DNA from: Ktedonobacterales bacterium
GTDB taxonomy: Bacteria; Chloroflexota; Ktedonobacteria; Ktedonobacterales; JADMIN01
Reading direction: 5' to 3'
Length of the DNA: 32,000 nt
NCBI GenBank assembly: GCA_030167145.1
Contig: CP126532.1
Coordinates: 3,930,001-3,962,000, forward strand
This document shows, piece by piece, positions 24,000-32,000 of the stretch. Every line of letters starts with the position of its first letter. The first letter of the stretch is position 1. The notes below the pieces were generated by a model, which saw only the letters and a program-made list of their open reading frames with translations, was not told where the DNA came from and ran no database searches. Position numbers and translations under genes: made by a program.

Positions 24000-25823
24000 A
24001 TGCCCGATCTGGTGGGTCAGACCCTCGGCAACTACCGCATTGAATCGCGACTGGGTAGCGGCGGCATGGGTGAGGTTTATCGGGCCGTCCACATCCATCT
24101 CAATCGCCCAGCCGCCATCAAGGTGCTGCACACAAACCAGGCTTCTGACCCCACGTTCCAGGCGCGCTTTCTGCGCGAAGCGCGCGCCGCCGCCGCGCTC
24201 TCCCATCCCCACATTGTCGAGGTCTTCGACTTTGGCGAGCAGGACGAAAGCTCTTATCTGGTGATGGAACTGGTGCCGGATGGCTCGCTGCGCACCTTGT
24301 TGCGGCAGCGCTCGGCTGAGCAAGGCTGGTCGTTGGCGCTTGGCCTGGATCTCGTGCGGCAGGCAGCCGAGGGGCTTGCCTATGCCCACAGCCACGGTAT
24401 GGTTCACCGTGACGTCAAGCCCGATAACCTGCTGTTGCAGCGTCTCAGCCCGCCCGTGTCGGACCCCGATGCCGAACGCTATACCCTCAAGATCAGCGAT
24501 TTCGGCCTGGCGCGGCTGGTGGAAGGCACCGAGAATCTGACTGTCACCGGCATGGTGATGGGCACGCCGACCTACATGTCGCCGGAGCAGTGCCAGGGCG
24601 GCGAACTCGACGGGCGCAGCGACCTCTACTCCCTCGGCGTGGTGCTCTACGAGGTCGCCACTGGCTCTCCGCCCTTCCGTGTGAAGAGCCTGAGCGAGGC
24701 TGTGTTCAAGCATATCTCAGCGTCGCCAGAGCCGCCCCGCAACGTGCGCCCCGACATCCCCGTCGCATTGGAGCGCGTTATTCTGCGCTGCCTCGAAAAA
24801 CGCCCGGAAGATCGCTACTCCACCGGCACTGAGCTGATCGCCGCGCTGGATGGCGCCGTCAGCGACTCCGAACTGATGACCGTGATTACCACGCAGAGCG
24901 GCAAGCGCCCACCATCATCAACCCCGACACCATCCGCTCCATCCGCTCCATCCGCTCCATCCGTCCCTTCCGCCAGCCGCCCGCCCACGTCTGGCGCGTA
25001 CATCTCTCCCACCGCCGCGACGATCGCCAGTCCGCCGCCCTCACATGCCGACGTCACCGTGCGCGAGCCTGCGCCCGCTTCCGCCGCACGCCCGTCCGCC
25101 GTCAGCGCGGCGTGGCAACGGCTGCCCCAATCCGCGCAATCGCGCACACGGCTCTTCGGTATCGCCGGTATCAGCGTGCTGGCGTTGATCGTTATCCTGA
25201 TTGTCGCGCTCGGCCCTGGCCGGAAATCAGCAGGCGCGCAGACCGTCAAGACGCCTAACGTCCACACGCCAACCGTTGCGCCCTCGCCCAGCCCGACTCC
25301 CGTGGAATCAGTCAAGTATCAGGCTTCGCTCTCCACGAGCGATAACGCCTGGCCGATTTCTTCCCATAGCTTCTTCGCCAATGGCGGCTACGAGGTCGCT
25401 GGCGCCTGGATCTCATTTGCGCCGGGCGGCGACCTGAGCAATCTCACCATCTCCGCGCGCATGCGCCAGATCAGCGGTCCGAGCGACAAGTTCTACGGCA
25501 TCCTGCTGCGCGCCAAAGGCTACGATCAGTACTACCTCTTCGCCATCAACTCCAGTCAGCAATGGACCTTTGCCCTTGTCACCCATGGCAACGGCACATC
25601 TATCGTCTCGCCGACCTCCGATAGCCACATCAATTCTGGTGTGAACGCCAGCAACACGCTCACCGTGCGCGCGAATGGCAATCATTTCATTTTCTACGCG
25701 AATGGGGTCGAGTTGGGACAGGCCGACGATGGCACGATTTCTTCGGGCAAAACCGGCCTGATGGATACCGTTGGCGACCTCGCCGTGGTGTATAACGACT
25801 TCCAGATCACCGTTCCTTCCTGA
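24000..25823 (+). CDS. Hanks-type Ser/Thr protein kinase, single-pass membrane, with extracytoplasmic beta-sandwich (LamG/DUF1080-like) domain
   Basis: I prefer the ATG at 24000 (GGAG 8 nt upstream) over the TTG at 23994. Kinase motifs are GSGGMGEVYRA, AIKVL, HRDVKPDNLL, DFGLA and SPEQ. A Pro/Ser/Ala linker precedes the transmembrane segment LFGIAGISVLALIVILIVAL. The C-terminal ~170 aa (FYGILLRAKGYDQYYLFAIN...VYNDFQITV) carry a tentative fold call. Confidence 0.9.
   Translation: MPDLVGQTLGNYRIESRLGSGGMGEVYRAVHIHLNRPAAIKVLHTNQASDPTFQARFLREARAAAALSHPHIVEVFDFGEQDESSYLVMELVPDGSLRTLLRQRSAEQGWSLALGLDLVRQAAEGLAYAHSHGMVHRDVKPDNLLLQRLSPPVSDPDAERYTLKISDFGLARLVEGTENLTVTGMVMGTPTYMSPEQCQGGELDGRSDLYSLGVVLYEVATGSPPFRVKSLSEAVFKHISASPEPPRNVRPDIPVALERVILRCLEKRPEDRYSTGTELIAALDGAVSDSELMTVITTQSGKRPPSSTPTPSAPSAPSAPSVPSASRPPTSGAYISPTAATIASPPPSHADVTVREPAPASAARPSAVSAAWQRLPQSAQSRTRLFGIAGISVLALIVILIVALGPGRKSAGAQTVKTPNVHTPTVAPSPSPTPVESVKYQASLSTSDNAWPISSHSFFANGGYEVAGAWISFAPGGDLSNLTISARMRQISGPSDKFYGILLRAKGYDQYYLFAINSSQQWTFALVTHGNGTSIVSPTSDSHINSGVNASNTLTVRANGNHFIFYANGVELGQADDGTISSGKTGLMDTVGDLAVVYNDFQITVPS
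24930..24965. repeat. 9-bp tandem repeat (CCATCCGCT x3 plus a variant) encoding PSAPSAPSAPSVPS in the kinase linker
   Basis: Seen directly in the sequence. Confidence 0.9.
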
Positions 25824-25934
25824 CAATACACGCGCCCCATACCTCGTGGCAGCGGCCGCTGCTGATACCTGCGATTGTCGTTTCGCCGCCGCCCATTGGC
25901 ACGGCGCGTAGCTCAACCCGCCGGGAGGTCCCGT

Positions 25935-28811
25935 ATGAGCGCAGACGCTCAACCACCCACTGCTGCGTACCTCGAATTTCTGACCGGACCACTCGCGGGC
26001 GTCACCCTCCATATGACCAGTCCCGTGGTCACTATCGGGCGCAGCATCGGTAACGACATCGTCCTGATGGATCCCAAAGTCTCGCGCCTTCACGCCCGCC
26101 TCGTCTGGGGCGAGGGCGCCTGGCATATCGAGAAACTCACGCACACCAGCGCCGTCACCGTCAATCAGCGCGATGTCGCACAGGCTGTGCTTGACCACGA
26201 CAGCACCGTTCGCCTGGGAGAAGACACCTCATTCCGGTTTCTCCTGGCAGACGGCAGTACCATGCTGCTGGCGAATCCCGCCGCGCGTCCATCAGCACCA
26301 GCGGACCCCGCTTCGACCCAATACGCCCGTCTGGCTGCCAAAGCAGAGCAGCCAGTGGCCAGCGCGCCCATAGAGCCAGCCACCGGGCCGCGTGGCACCG
26401 TGTTCGCGCCGCTCACCGAGCTTGGCATGCCCTGGCTGGAAATCAGCGACCACGCCAGCGGAACCAGCGCCAAGCACTTTCTCGTCAAAGAAACGATCAG
26501 CATTGGCCGGAATGCGCGCAACGACATCACCATTGACGCGCCGTGCGTCTCCGATCAGCATCTGCTGCTGGAGCGGCAGGGCAAGCAGTGGCGGCTCACC
26601 CACCCCCATCCCCAGCGCCGCGCCACCCGCAACGGATTGCTCTACGCAGGACGGCAGATTTCGGGACAAGAATCCTTCAGCACACTCCTGGCCCCTGGCG
26701 ATGTCGTTCGCATCGGCGACGCGCAGGGCGCGCTGGTGACATTGACATACCGTGAAGGCAGCGAGACCATACCGCCCGCCTCCGCGCGTATGCAGCGCAT
26801 CCCGCTGGGCAGCGCGGAGGTCGGCATTGGCCGCGCCCGCGATAACGCCCTGGTGCTCGACCATCCGCAGGTCTCGGCGCACCATGCGCGCCTGACGCGC
26901 GAGCAAGGCGTCTGTCGCCTCACCGACCTGGGCAGCACGAATCACATATACGTCAACGGCCTGCGTACCAGCAGCCATATCCTCAACACCGGCGATGAAA
27001 TCCGTATTGGCCCCTACAAACTGGTCTACGAAGACAACCTGCTCACGCTCTTTGACGAGAGTGGCGGCGTTCGCATTGATGCGCTCGATCTGGTGCAGAC
27101 CGGCAACAACAACGCGATTCTGCTCAACGACATCTCGCTCAGCATCCCTCCGCGCTCATTCGTCGCGCTGGTTGGCGCATCCGGCGCTGGTAAATCAACA
27201 CTGCTGCACGCGCTCGGCGGGCTGCAGCCCAGCCAGCACGGCGCGGTCTACTACAATGGGCAGGATCTCCGCCAATATCGCGCGGCCTTTCGCAGCCAGA
27301 TCGGCTACGTTCCCCAGGATGAGATCATCCATCGCGACCTCACCGTCGAGCGCGCCCTCTTCTACGCCGCCAAACTGCGCCTACCGAGCGACTTCAGCGA
27401 CGAACAGATCCAGCAGCGCATAGACGAGGTGTTGGATGAGGTTGAGATGCGCCACCGGCGCACGCTGCTCATCAAGCGCCTCTCCGGCGGCCAGCGCAAG
27501 CGCGTCTCCATCGCGTTAGAACTGCTCGCCAATCCCAGCGTCTTCTTCCTGGATGAACCAACCTCCGGCCTTGACCCTGGCCTGGATCGCAAAATGATGC
27601 TCCTGCTGCGCACCCTGGCCGACAAGGGGCATACCATCGTGCTCGTCACGCATGCCACCAGCAATATCAATGTCTGCGATTACGTCTGCTTCCTGGCTCA
27701 GGGCGGGCATGTCGCCTACTTCGGCCCCCCCGATGATGCCAGCGCCTATTTCGCGCAGCCAGGATTCGCCGAAATCTACAGCGCCCTCGAACCGACCAGC
27801 GACCACCCCGATCTCCCATCCGAGCTAGGCAAACAGTTCGCGCAATCCTCAGCCTATCAGCAGTATATCGGCACGCCGCTCAGCAGCCGCCCTGCGGCCC
27901 CGCCCGCAGGCGATCACCCAGCCCACGCACGCGGCGCGCAGGTGCGGCTCCGTGGGCTGGGCGTCGCCTGGAAACAGTTTGTCTTGCTTTCCACGCGCTA
28001 TCTGGAACTGCTGTGGAATGACAAGAAGAATCTGGCGATTTTACTCTTGCAGGCTCCCGTCATCGCGGTCCTGCTCTCCCTCTTCATCCGCGAACTGGAT
28101 GACGGCGACATCTTCCGCGCCAACAACCCGCCCATCACCCAGGGCGACGCTCAAAAATTCCTATTCGTCATGACTTTCTCCGCCGTCATGTTCGGCTGCA
28201 TCAATGCCGCCCGCGAAATCGTCAAAGAAGTCCCCATTTACCAGCGCGAACGCGCGGTGAGCCTGGGCATTCTGCCGTATCTCTTCTCCAAAATCACCGT
28301 GTTGGGAATTCTCTGCCTGCTCCAATGCGCCGCGTTGATTATCATCATCAGTCTGGCTTCGCCGTTCCACGAGGGCATTATCCTCAACGCCTTCTGGGAG
28401 GTCTATATCACCCTGGCGCTCGCCGCGCTCGCGGGCATGATGATGGGGCTGACCATTTCGGCGCTCGTCCCAAACAGCGACCAGGCGATGAGTTTTATTC
28501 CCGTGGTATTGATCCCCCAGGTGGTCTTCTCCGGCGCGATCTTTCCGCTCAAGCAACTGTATTTGCAGGTGCTGAGTGTCGTGTTCGTCGCGCGCTGGGC
28601 CATGGCCGCCGTCGGTTCATCGGTGCATCTGGATAGCATTGTGCTCGGCGGCGACCGGCTTTTCGGCACCTGCGCCGCCTGCGTCACCTATCGCCATGAG
28701 TCGCAGTACCTGCTTACCATGTGGGGCATCCTCGTCGCGATGATTCTGGCCTTCACGCTGCTCACCGGCTATCTCATCAAGCGCAAAGACACACGTGGAC
28801 AGACCGCTTAG
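25935..28811 (+). CDS. Triple-FHA-domain ABC exporter (fused ATPase plus ABC-2/ABCG-type permease)
   Basis: ATG at 25935 follows GGGAGG (25923-25928). Three FHA cores are present: VTIGRSIGNDIVLMDPKVSRLHARL, ISIGRNARNDITIDAPCVSDQHLLL, and VGIGRARDNALVLDHPQVSAHHARL. ATPase motifs are Walker A GASGAGKST, signature LSGGQRKRVSIA and Walker B VFFLDEPTSGLD. The C-terminal ABC-2 membrane domain has about six transmembrane segments. Confidence 0.9.
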   Translation: MSADAQPPTAAYLEFLTGPLAGVTLHMTSPVVTIGRSIGNDIVLMDPKVSRLHARLVWGEGAWHIEKLTHTSAVTVNQRDVAQAVLDHDSTVRLGEDTSFRFLLADGSTMLLANPAARPSAPADPASTQYARLAAKAEQPVASAPIEPATGPRGTVFAPLTELGMPWLEISDHASGTSAKHFLVKETISIGRNARNDITIDAPCVSDQHLLLERQGKQWRLTHPHPQRRATRNGLLYAGRQISGQESFSTLLAPGDVVRIGDAQGALVTLTYREGSETIPPASARMQRIPLGSAEVGIGRARDNALVLDHPQVSAHHARLTREQGVCRLTDLGSTNHIYVNGLRTSSHILNTGDEIRIGPYKLVYEDNLLTLFDESGGVRIDALDLVQTGNNNAILLNDISLSIPPRSFVALVGASGAGKSTLLHALGGLQPSQHGAVYYNGQDLRQYRAAFRSQIGYVPQDEIIHRDLTVERALFYAAKLRLPSDFSDEQIQQRIDEVLDEVEMRHRRTLLIKRLSGGQRKRVSIALELLANPSVFFLDEPTSGLDPGLDRKMMLLLRTLADKGHTIVLVTHATSNINVCDYVCFLAQGGHVAYFGPPDDASAYFAQPGFAEIYSALEPTSDHPDLPSELGKQFAQSSAYQQYIGTPLSSRPAAPPAGDHPAHARGAQVRLRGLGVAWKQFVLLSTRYLELLWNDKKNLAILLLQAPVIAVLLSLFIRELDDGDIFRANNPPITQGDAQKFLFVMTFSAVMFGCINAAREIVKEVPIYQRERAVSLGILPYLFSKITVLGILCLLQCAALIIIISLASPFHEGIILNAFWEVYITLALAALAGMMMGLTISALVPNSDQAMSFIPVVLIPQVVFSGAIFPLKQLYLQVLSVVFVARWAMAAVGSSVHLDSIVLGGDRLFGTCAACVTYRHESQYLLTMWGILVAMILAFTLLTGYLIKRKDTRGQTA

Positions 28812-29113
28812 CGCGCCCCGCAACACCAGCCTGTGGCACAGTGTTCCGAAAGCTTCAGAATCAGCGAGTTCAATTCGGACACCTTATCATCGAAACCTAA
28901 CCCGCGACGGCGGGGCCAGCACGCGGCGCAGCTAGCGACGTGTAGGAGCGGAGCGGGCTGTGAGCGCAGCGGAGTGGCCGCAGGCCATCCAGGCGCGGTT
29001 TCAACCGCCAGCCAGCGCCACCCGCGCGACACACTCGCCACGCATGCGCTATACTGTGCGTCGTGCCGCCAGGCGCTGAACCCATATCTCACCCCGCTTG
29101 AAGGAGCGTTTTC

Positions 29114-31423
29114 GTGTCCAAGACCGAGCTATCCCCTGAATTATCCGCGCTGCTCGCCCAGCTTTCCTTTGCCGAAACCCTCGCCCCCGACGACCTCGCC
29201 CGCGTGCTGGCCCTCGAACTCAGCATCAAACCCACGCAGGCGTTGCGCACCCTCGAACTGCTCGATGCGGGCAACACCGTGCCCTTCATCGCCCGCTATC
29301 GCAAAGAGATGACCGGCAACCTCGACGAAGTGCAGATTCAGGCCGTTGCCGACCGCGCTGAATCCCTGCGCGCGCTCCACGAGCGCAAGCTCGATGTGCT
29401 GCGCACCATCAGCGATCAGGGCAAGCTTACCACCGAGCTAGCGACCGCCATCACCAGTGCTACCACCCTTCAGGCTGTCGAAGACCTCTACCTGCCCTAT
29501 CGGCCCAAGCGCAAGACCCGCGCGAGCGTCGCCCGCGAGCGCGGCCTCCAGCCGCTTGCCGATCTCATCCTCCAGCAGCAGCGGCTCCCCGGCGCGCCAG
29601 CGGATGCGCTAGAGCAAGCGGCGCAGCCGTTCGTCAACGCCGACTTGGGCGTGGATTCCGTCGCGGCGGCGCTGGCTGGCGCCCGCGACATCTGCGCCGA
29701 AACCATCACCGAAGACGCGACGGTGCGCAGCGATGTACGCATCCTCTTCTTCCGCGAAGGTGGCGTGCGCGCGCGGCTCACCGTGGACGAAGAGCGCGCC
29801 GCCGAGAAAGATCCGCGCGGCGTCTATCGCCTCTACTACGATTTCACCGAGCCCGTGTCGCGTATGGCCCCGCACCGCACGCTCGCCCTCAACCGCGCCG
29901 AGCGCGAAGACGTGGTGCGCGTCGCCGTTGATGTGCCGTTCGAGCGCGCCGAGCCGCAGATGACCCGCCACTACACACCCGACCCGCGCTCGCCCTTCGC
30001 CGACGAACTGCGCGCCGCCATCGCCGACGGCTACAAGCGCCTGCTCGCCCCCGCGCTCGAACGCGAAGTGCGCGCCGAACTGACCCGCACCGCCGAAGAG
30101 CATGCCATCAACGTCTTCGCCACCAATCTGCGCAATCTGCTCTTGCAGCCGCCGCTGCGCGGCGCTCCCGTCCTTGGCCTGGACCCCGGCTATCGCACCG
30201 GCTGCAAAGTCGCCATCGTAGACACCACCGGCAAGTACATCGAATCCACCACCATCTATCCCCACGCCCCGCGCGCGCAATGGGCCGAGGCCAAAGCCAC
30301 GCTGAAAGCGCTCATCGCCCGCCACAACATTCGCGTCATCGCCATTGGCAACGGCACCGCCTCGCGCGAGACCGAGCAACTCGCCGTCGAGGTAATCCAT
30401 GAGCTTGAGCGCCTGGGCCATCCCGAAGGGTCGCTGGGCTACGTCATTGTCAACGAGGCGGGCGCATCGGTCTACTCCGCCTCTGAGGTCGCCCGCCAGG
30501 AATTCCCCACCCTCGACGCTACACAGCGCGGCACCATCTCCATCGCCCGCCGTTTGCAAGACCCGCTGGCCGAGTTGGTCAAGATTGACCCCAAAGCCGT
30601 CGGTGTTGGCCTCTACCAGCACGACGTTGACCAGCGCGCCCTGGCCTCCGCCCTTGACCGCGTCGTCACCTCTTGCGTCAACTTCGCTGGCGTGGACGTG
30701 AACGCCGCTTCATCGCAACTGCTGCGCTATGTCTCCGGCGTCACTCAACGCGTCGCTGACAACATCGTCGCCTTCCGCCAGGAGCACGGCGTCTTCACCA
30801 CGCGCGATCAACTCAAGAAAGTCGCCGGGCTGGGTCCGGCCACCTTCGTCCAGGCCGCGGGCTTCCTCAAAATCGCGGGCGGCGCTGAGCCACTCGACAA
30901 TACCTTCATCCACCCCGAAAGCTACAGCGTTACCCGCGCGCTGCTGGCCCATCTCCCCGGCGGCGCCGACGACGAGCGCGCCGCCGACCGTGTCCGCACG
31001 TGGCGGCTGCTCTCCGGCATGGGGTCGCGCGCCAAAGGCACGGATGCTGCCATCGCCACGCTCGCCAAAGAGCTAGACACCGGTGTGCCAACGCTGACCG
31101 ACATCCTCGAAAATCTCGAAAAGCCCGGACTCGACCCGCGCGACGCGCTGCCCGCGCCCATCCTGCGCCACGACGTGCTCAAGCTCGAAGATCTGCATGC
31201 GGGCATGGTGCTGCAAGGCACCGTCCGCAACGTCGTGGACTTCGGCGCGTTCGTGGATATTGGCGTCAAGCACGACGGCCTCGTTCACGTCTCTGAGCTA
31301 ACCGACCACTTCGTCCGCGACCCGCTCTCTGTCGTCGCCGTCGGACAAGTCGTCCAGGTCCGCGTGCTCAGTGTAGACATTCCGCGCGAGCGCGTCCAGC
31401 TCAGCATGCGCGGCATTTCGTAA
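29114..31423 (+). CDS. tex: Transcription accessory protein Tex (YqgF/HhH/S1 domains)
   Basis: GTG start 7 nt after AAGGAG. TVPFIARYRKEMTGNLDE is the Tex N-terminal signature, LGLDPGYRTGCKVAIVD is YqgF-like, and the C-terminal S1 domain reads GMVLQGTVRNVVDFGAFVDIG...GLVHVSEL. Confidence 0.93.
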   Translation: MSKTELSPELSALLAQLSFAETLAPDDLARVLALELSIKPTQALRTLELLDAGNTVPFIARYRKEMTGNLDEVQIQAVADRAESLRALHERKLDVLRTISDQGKLTTELATAITSATTLQAVEDLYLPYRPKRKTRASVARERGLQPLADLILQQQRLPGAPADALEQAAQPFVNADLGVDSVAAALAGARDICAETITEDATVRSDVRILFFREGGVRARLTVDEERAAEKDPRGVYRLYYDFTEPVSRMAPHRTLALNRAEREDVVRVAVDVPFERAEPQMTRHYTPDPRSPFADELRAAIADGYKRLLAPALEREVRAELTRTAEEHAINVFATNLRNLLLQPPLRGAPVLGLDPGYRTGCKVAIVDTTGKYIESTTIYPHAPRAQWAEAKATLKALIARHNIRVIAIGNGTASRETEQLAVEVIHELERLGHPEGSLGYVIVNEAGASVYSASEVARQEFPTLDATQRGTISIARRLQDPLAELVKIDPKAVGVGLYQHDVDQRALASALDRVVTSCVNFAGVDVNAASSQLLRYVSGVTQRVADNIVAFRQEHGVFTTRDQLKKVAGLGPATFVQAAGFLKIAGGAEPLDNTFIHPESYSVTRALLAHLPGGADDERAADRVRTWRLLSGMGSRAKGTDAAIATLAKELDTGVPTLTDILENLEKPGLDPRDALPAPILRHDVLKLEDLHAGMVLQGTVRNVVDFGAFVDIGVKHDGLVHVSELTDHFVRDPLSVVAVGQVVQVRVLSVDIPRERVQLSMRGIS

Positions 31424-31542
31424 CCCCTGGTCGGCATTCTGGCGTAGATGTGCGATTTGCGCGCTCTGGGGGTTGGCCGCCGCGACGCTTTGATGTACAC
31501 TTGCCCTGTGGCTGAGATACCTGCCGGGCAAGTGATGCCCTG

Positions 31543-32000
31543 ATGTGGGGATGCGCGGCGGCTAGAAGCGGGAGTGGCCTGGTGGAAGGTTCGGTTCTCA
31601 AGCGCAAAGTCAATCTCTTTTTGTTCTTCATTCCTCTGGTGTTGCTGATCGAGCCGCTCAAACTGGATGAGCTTCTGGTTGATCGCCTCGCATTGTCAGA
31701 GGATGTCGTCAAGGCAGTCCTGCCCTACGTCGTGTTCTCGCTCTCGGCGCTCTCGCTCATTCCGCTCGCCGGATTCGTCGAAAGCGCCGTCGAAGAACTG
31801 GCCGAACTGCTTGGCCCGTTCATCGGTGGACTGCTGCACACCACCTTCGGCAACGTCGCCGAGCTATTCATCGGTCTCTCGATTCTGCTCTCCGGCATCC
31901 CTCACGCCTCCGAGATCGTCTTGGGGTCCATCGGCGGTGTCATCGTCCGTAATTCACTGCTGGGCCTGGGTGTCTCCACTATCTTCGGCTCCTGGCGCAA
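31543..32000 (+). CDS. Partial Ca2+/H+ (CAX/ChaA-type) cation antiporter, N-terminal part
   Basis: Hand translation is open from 31516 to the window end. Candidate starts are ATG 31543 or GTG 31582, the latter 8 nt after GGGAG. The alpha-1 repeat motif is LLHTTFGNVAELFIGLSIL, with several hydrophobic segments. It is absent from the track because it has no stop in the window. Confidence 0.75.
   Translation, partial: MWGCAAARSGSGLVEGSVLKRKVNLFLFFIPLVLLIEPLKLDELLVDRLALSEDVVKAVLPYVVFSLSALSLIPLAGFVESAVEELAELLGPFIGGLLHTTFGNVAELFIGLSILLSGIPHASEIVLGSIGGVIVRNSLLGLGVSTIFGSWR

Noticed and set aside
1-32000. CRISPR arrays, transposases/integrases, inverted-repeat-bounded mobile elements, rRNA/tRNA genes
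   Set aside because: I scanned the intergenic regions and ORF translations. There are no spaced direct-repeat arrays, no DDE/tyrosine/serine recombinase motifs, and no rRNA or tRNA signatures. The only repeats are the short in-gene tandem repeats and the comEC-leader pair reported above.

Overview
High-GC (roughly 55-68% by hand counts), gene-dense bacterial chromosomal window with strong GGAGG-type ribosome-binding sites. The gene content fits a large-genome Chloroflexota (Ktedonobacteria-like) or similar organism, but that is inference only. I support about 27 protein-coding genes. I found no rRNA, tRNA, CRISPR array, transposase or integrase. Most of the window is housekeeping: S53 peptidase, RqcH, Gmk, GlpX, ComEC, QueF, YihY, DprA, Tex and a CAX antiporter fragment. 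Two ORFs run off the window edges and are missing from the ORF track; I recovered them by hand translation (1-885 minus, 31543-32000 plus). Many long ORFs in the track are antisense shadows of real genes, as expected at this GC content. I cannot show that the window holds a complete multi-gene novel system. Five loci deserve a second look. (1) A bacterial protein with two LIM-like double zinc fingers fused to a plant DA1-like HExxH peptidase (15960-16919). (2) A fusion of a self-processing AdoMetDC-type pyruvoyl decarboxylase to a deoxyhypusine-synthase-like domain whose cofactor and catalytic motifs look degenerate (17193-18791). (3) A co-directional accessory block at 10866-15067. It encodes an extended ECF-like sigma factor, a soluble zinc-finger/TPR anti-sigma factor, a possible Cys-tailed membrane peptide and a hairpin-rich 0.5 kb non-coding stretch. 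It ends in a translationally coupled pair whose first product is 81 aa and terminates in PPVFGG, like MoaD/ThiS/ubiquitin-type beta-grasp proteins. (4) A receiver / Ser-Thr kinase / triple-FHA ABC exporter module resembling mycobacterial PknF-Rv1747. (5) A tandem 25-nt hairpin-forming repeat in the comEC leader. All functional calls rest on motif recognition by eye; no database search was possible.
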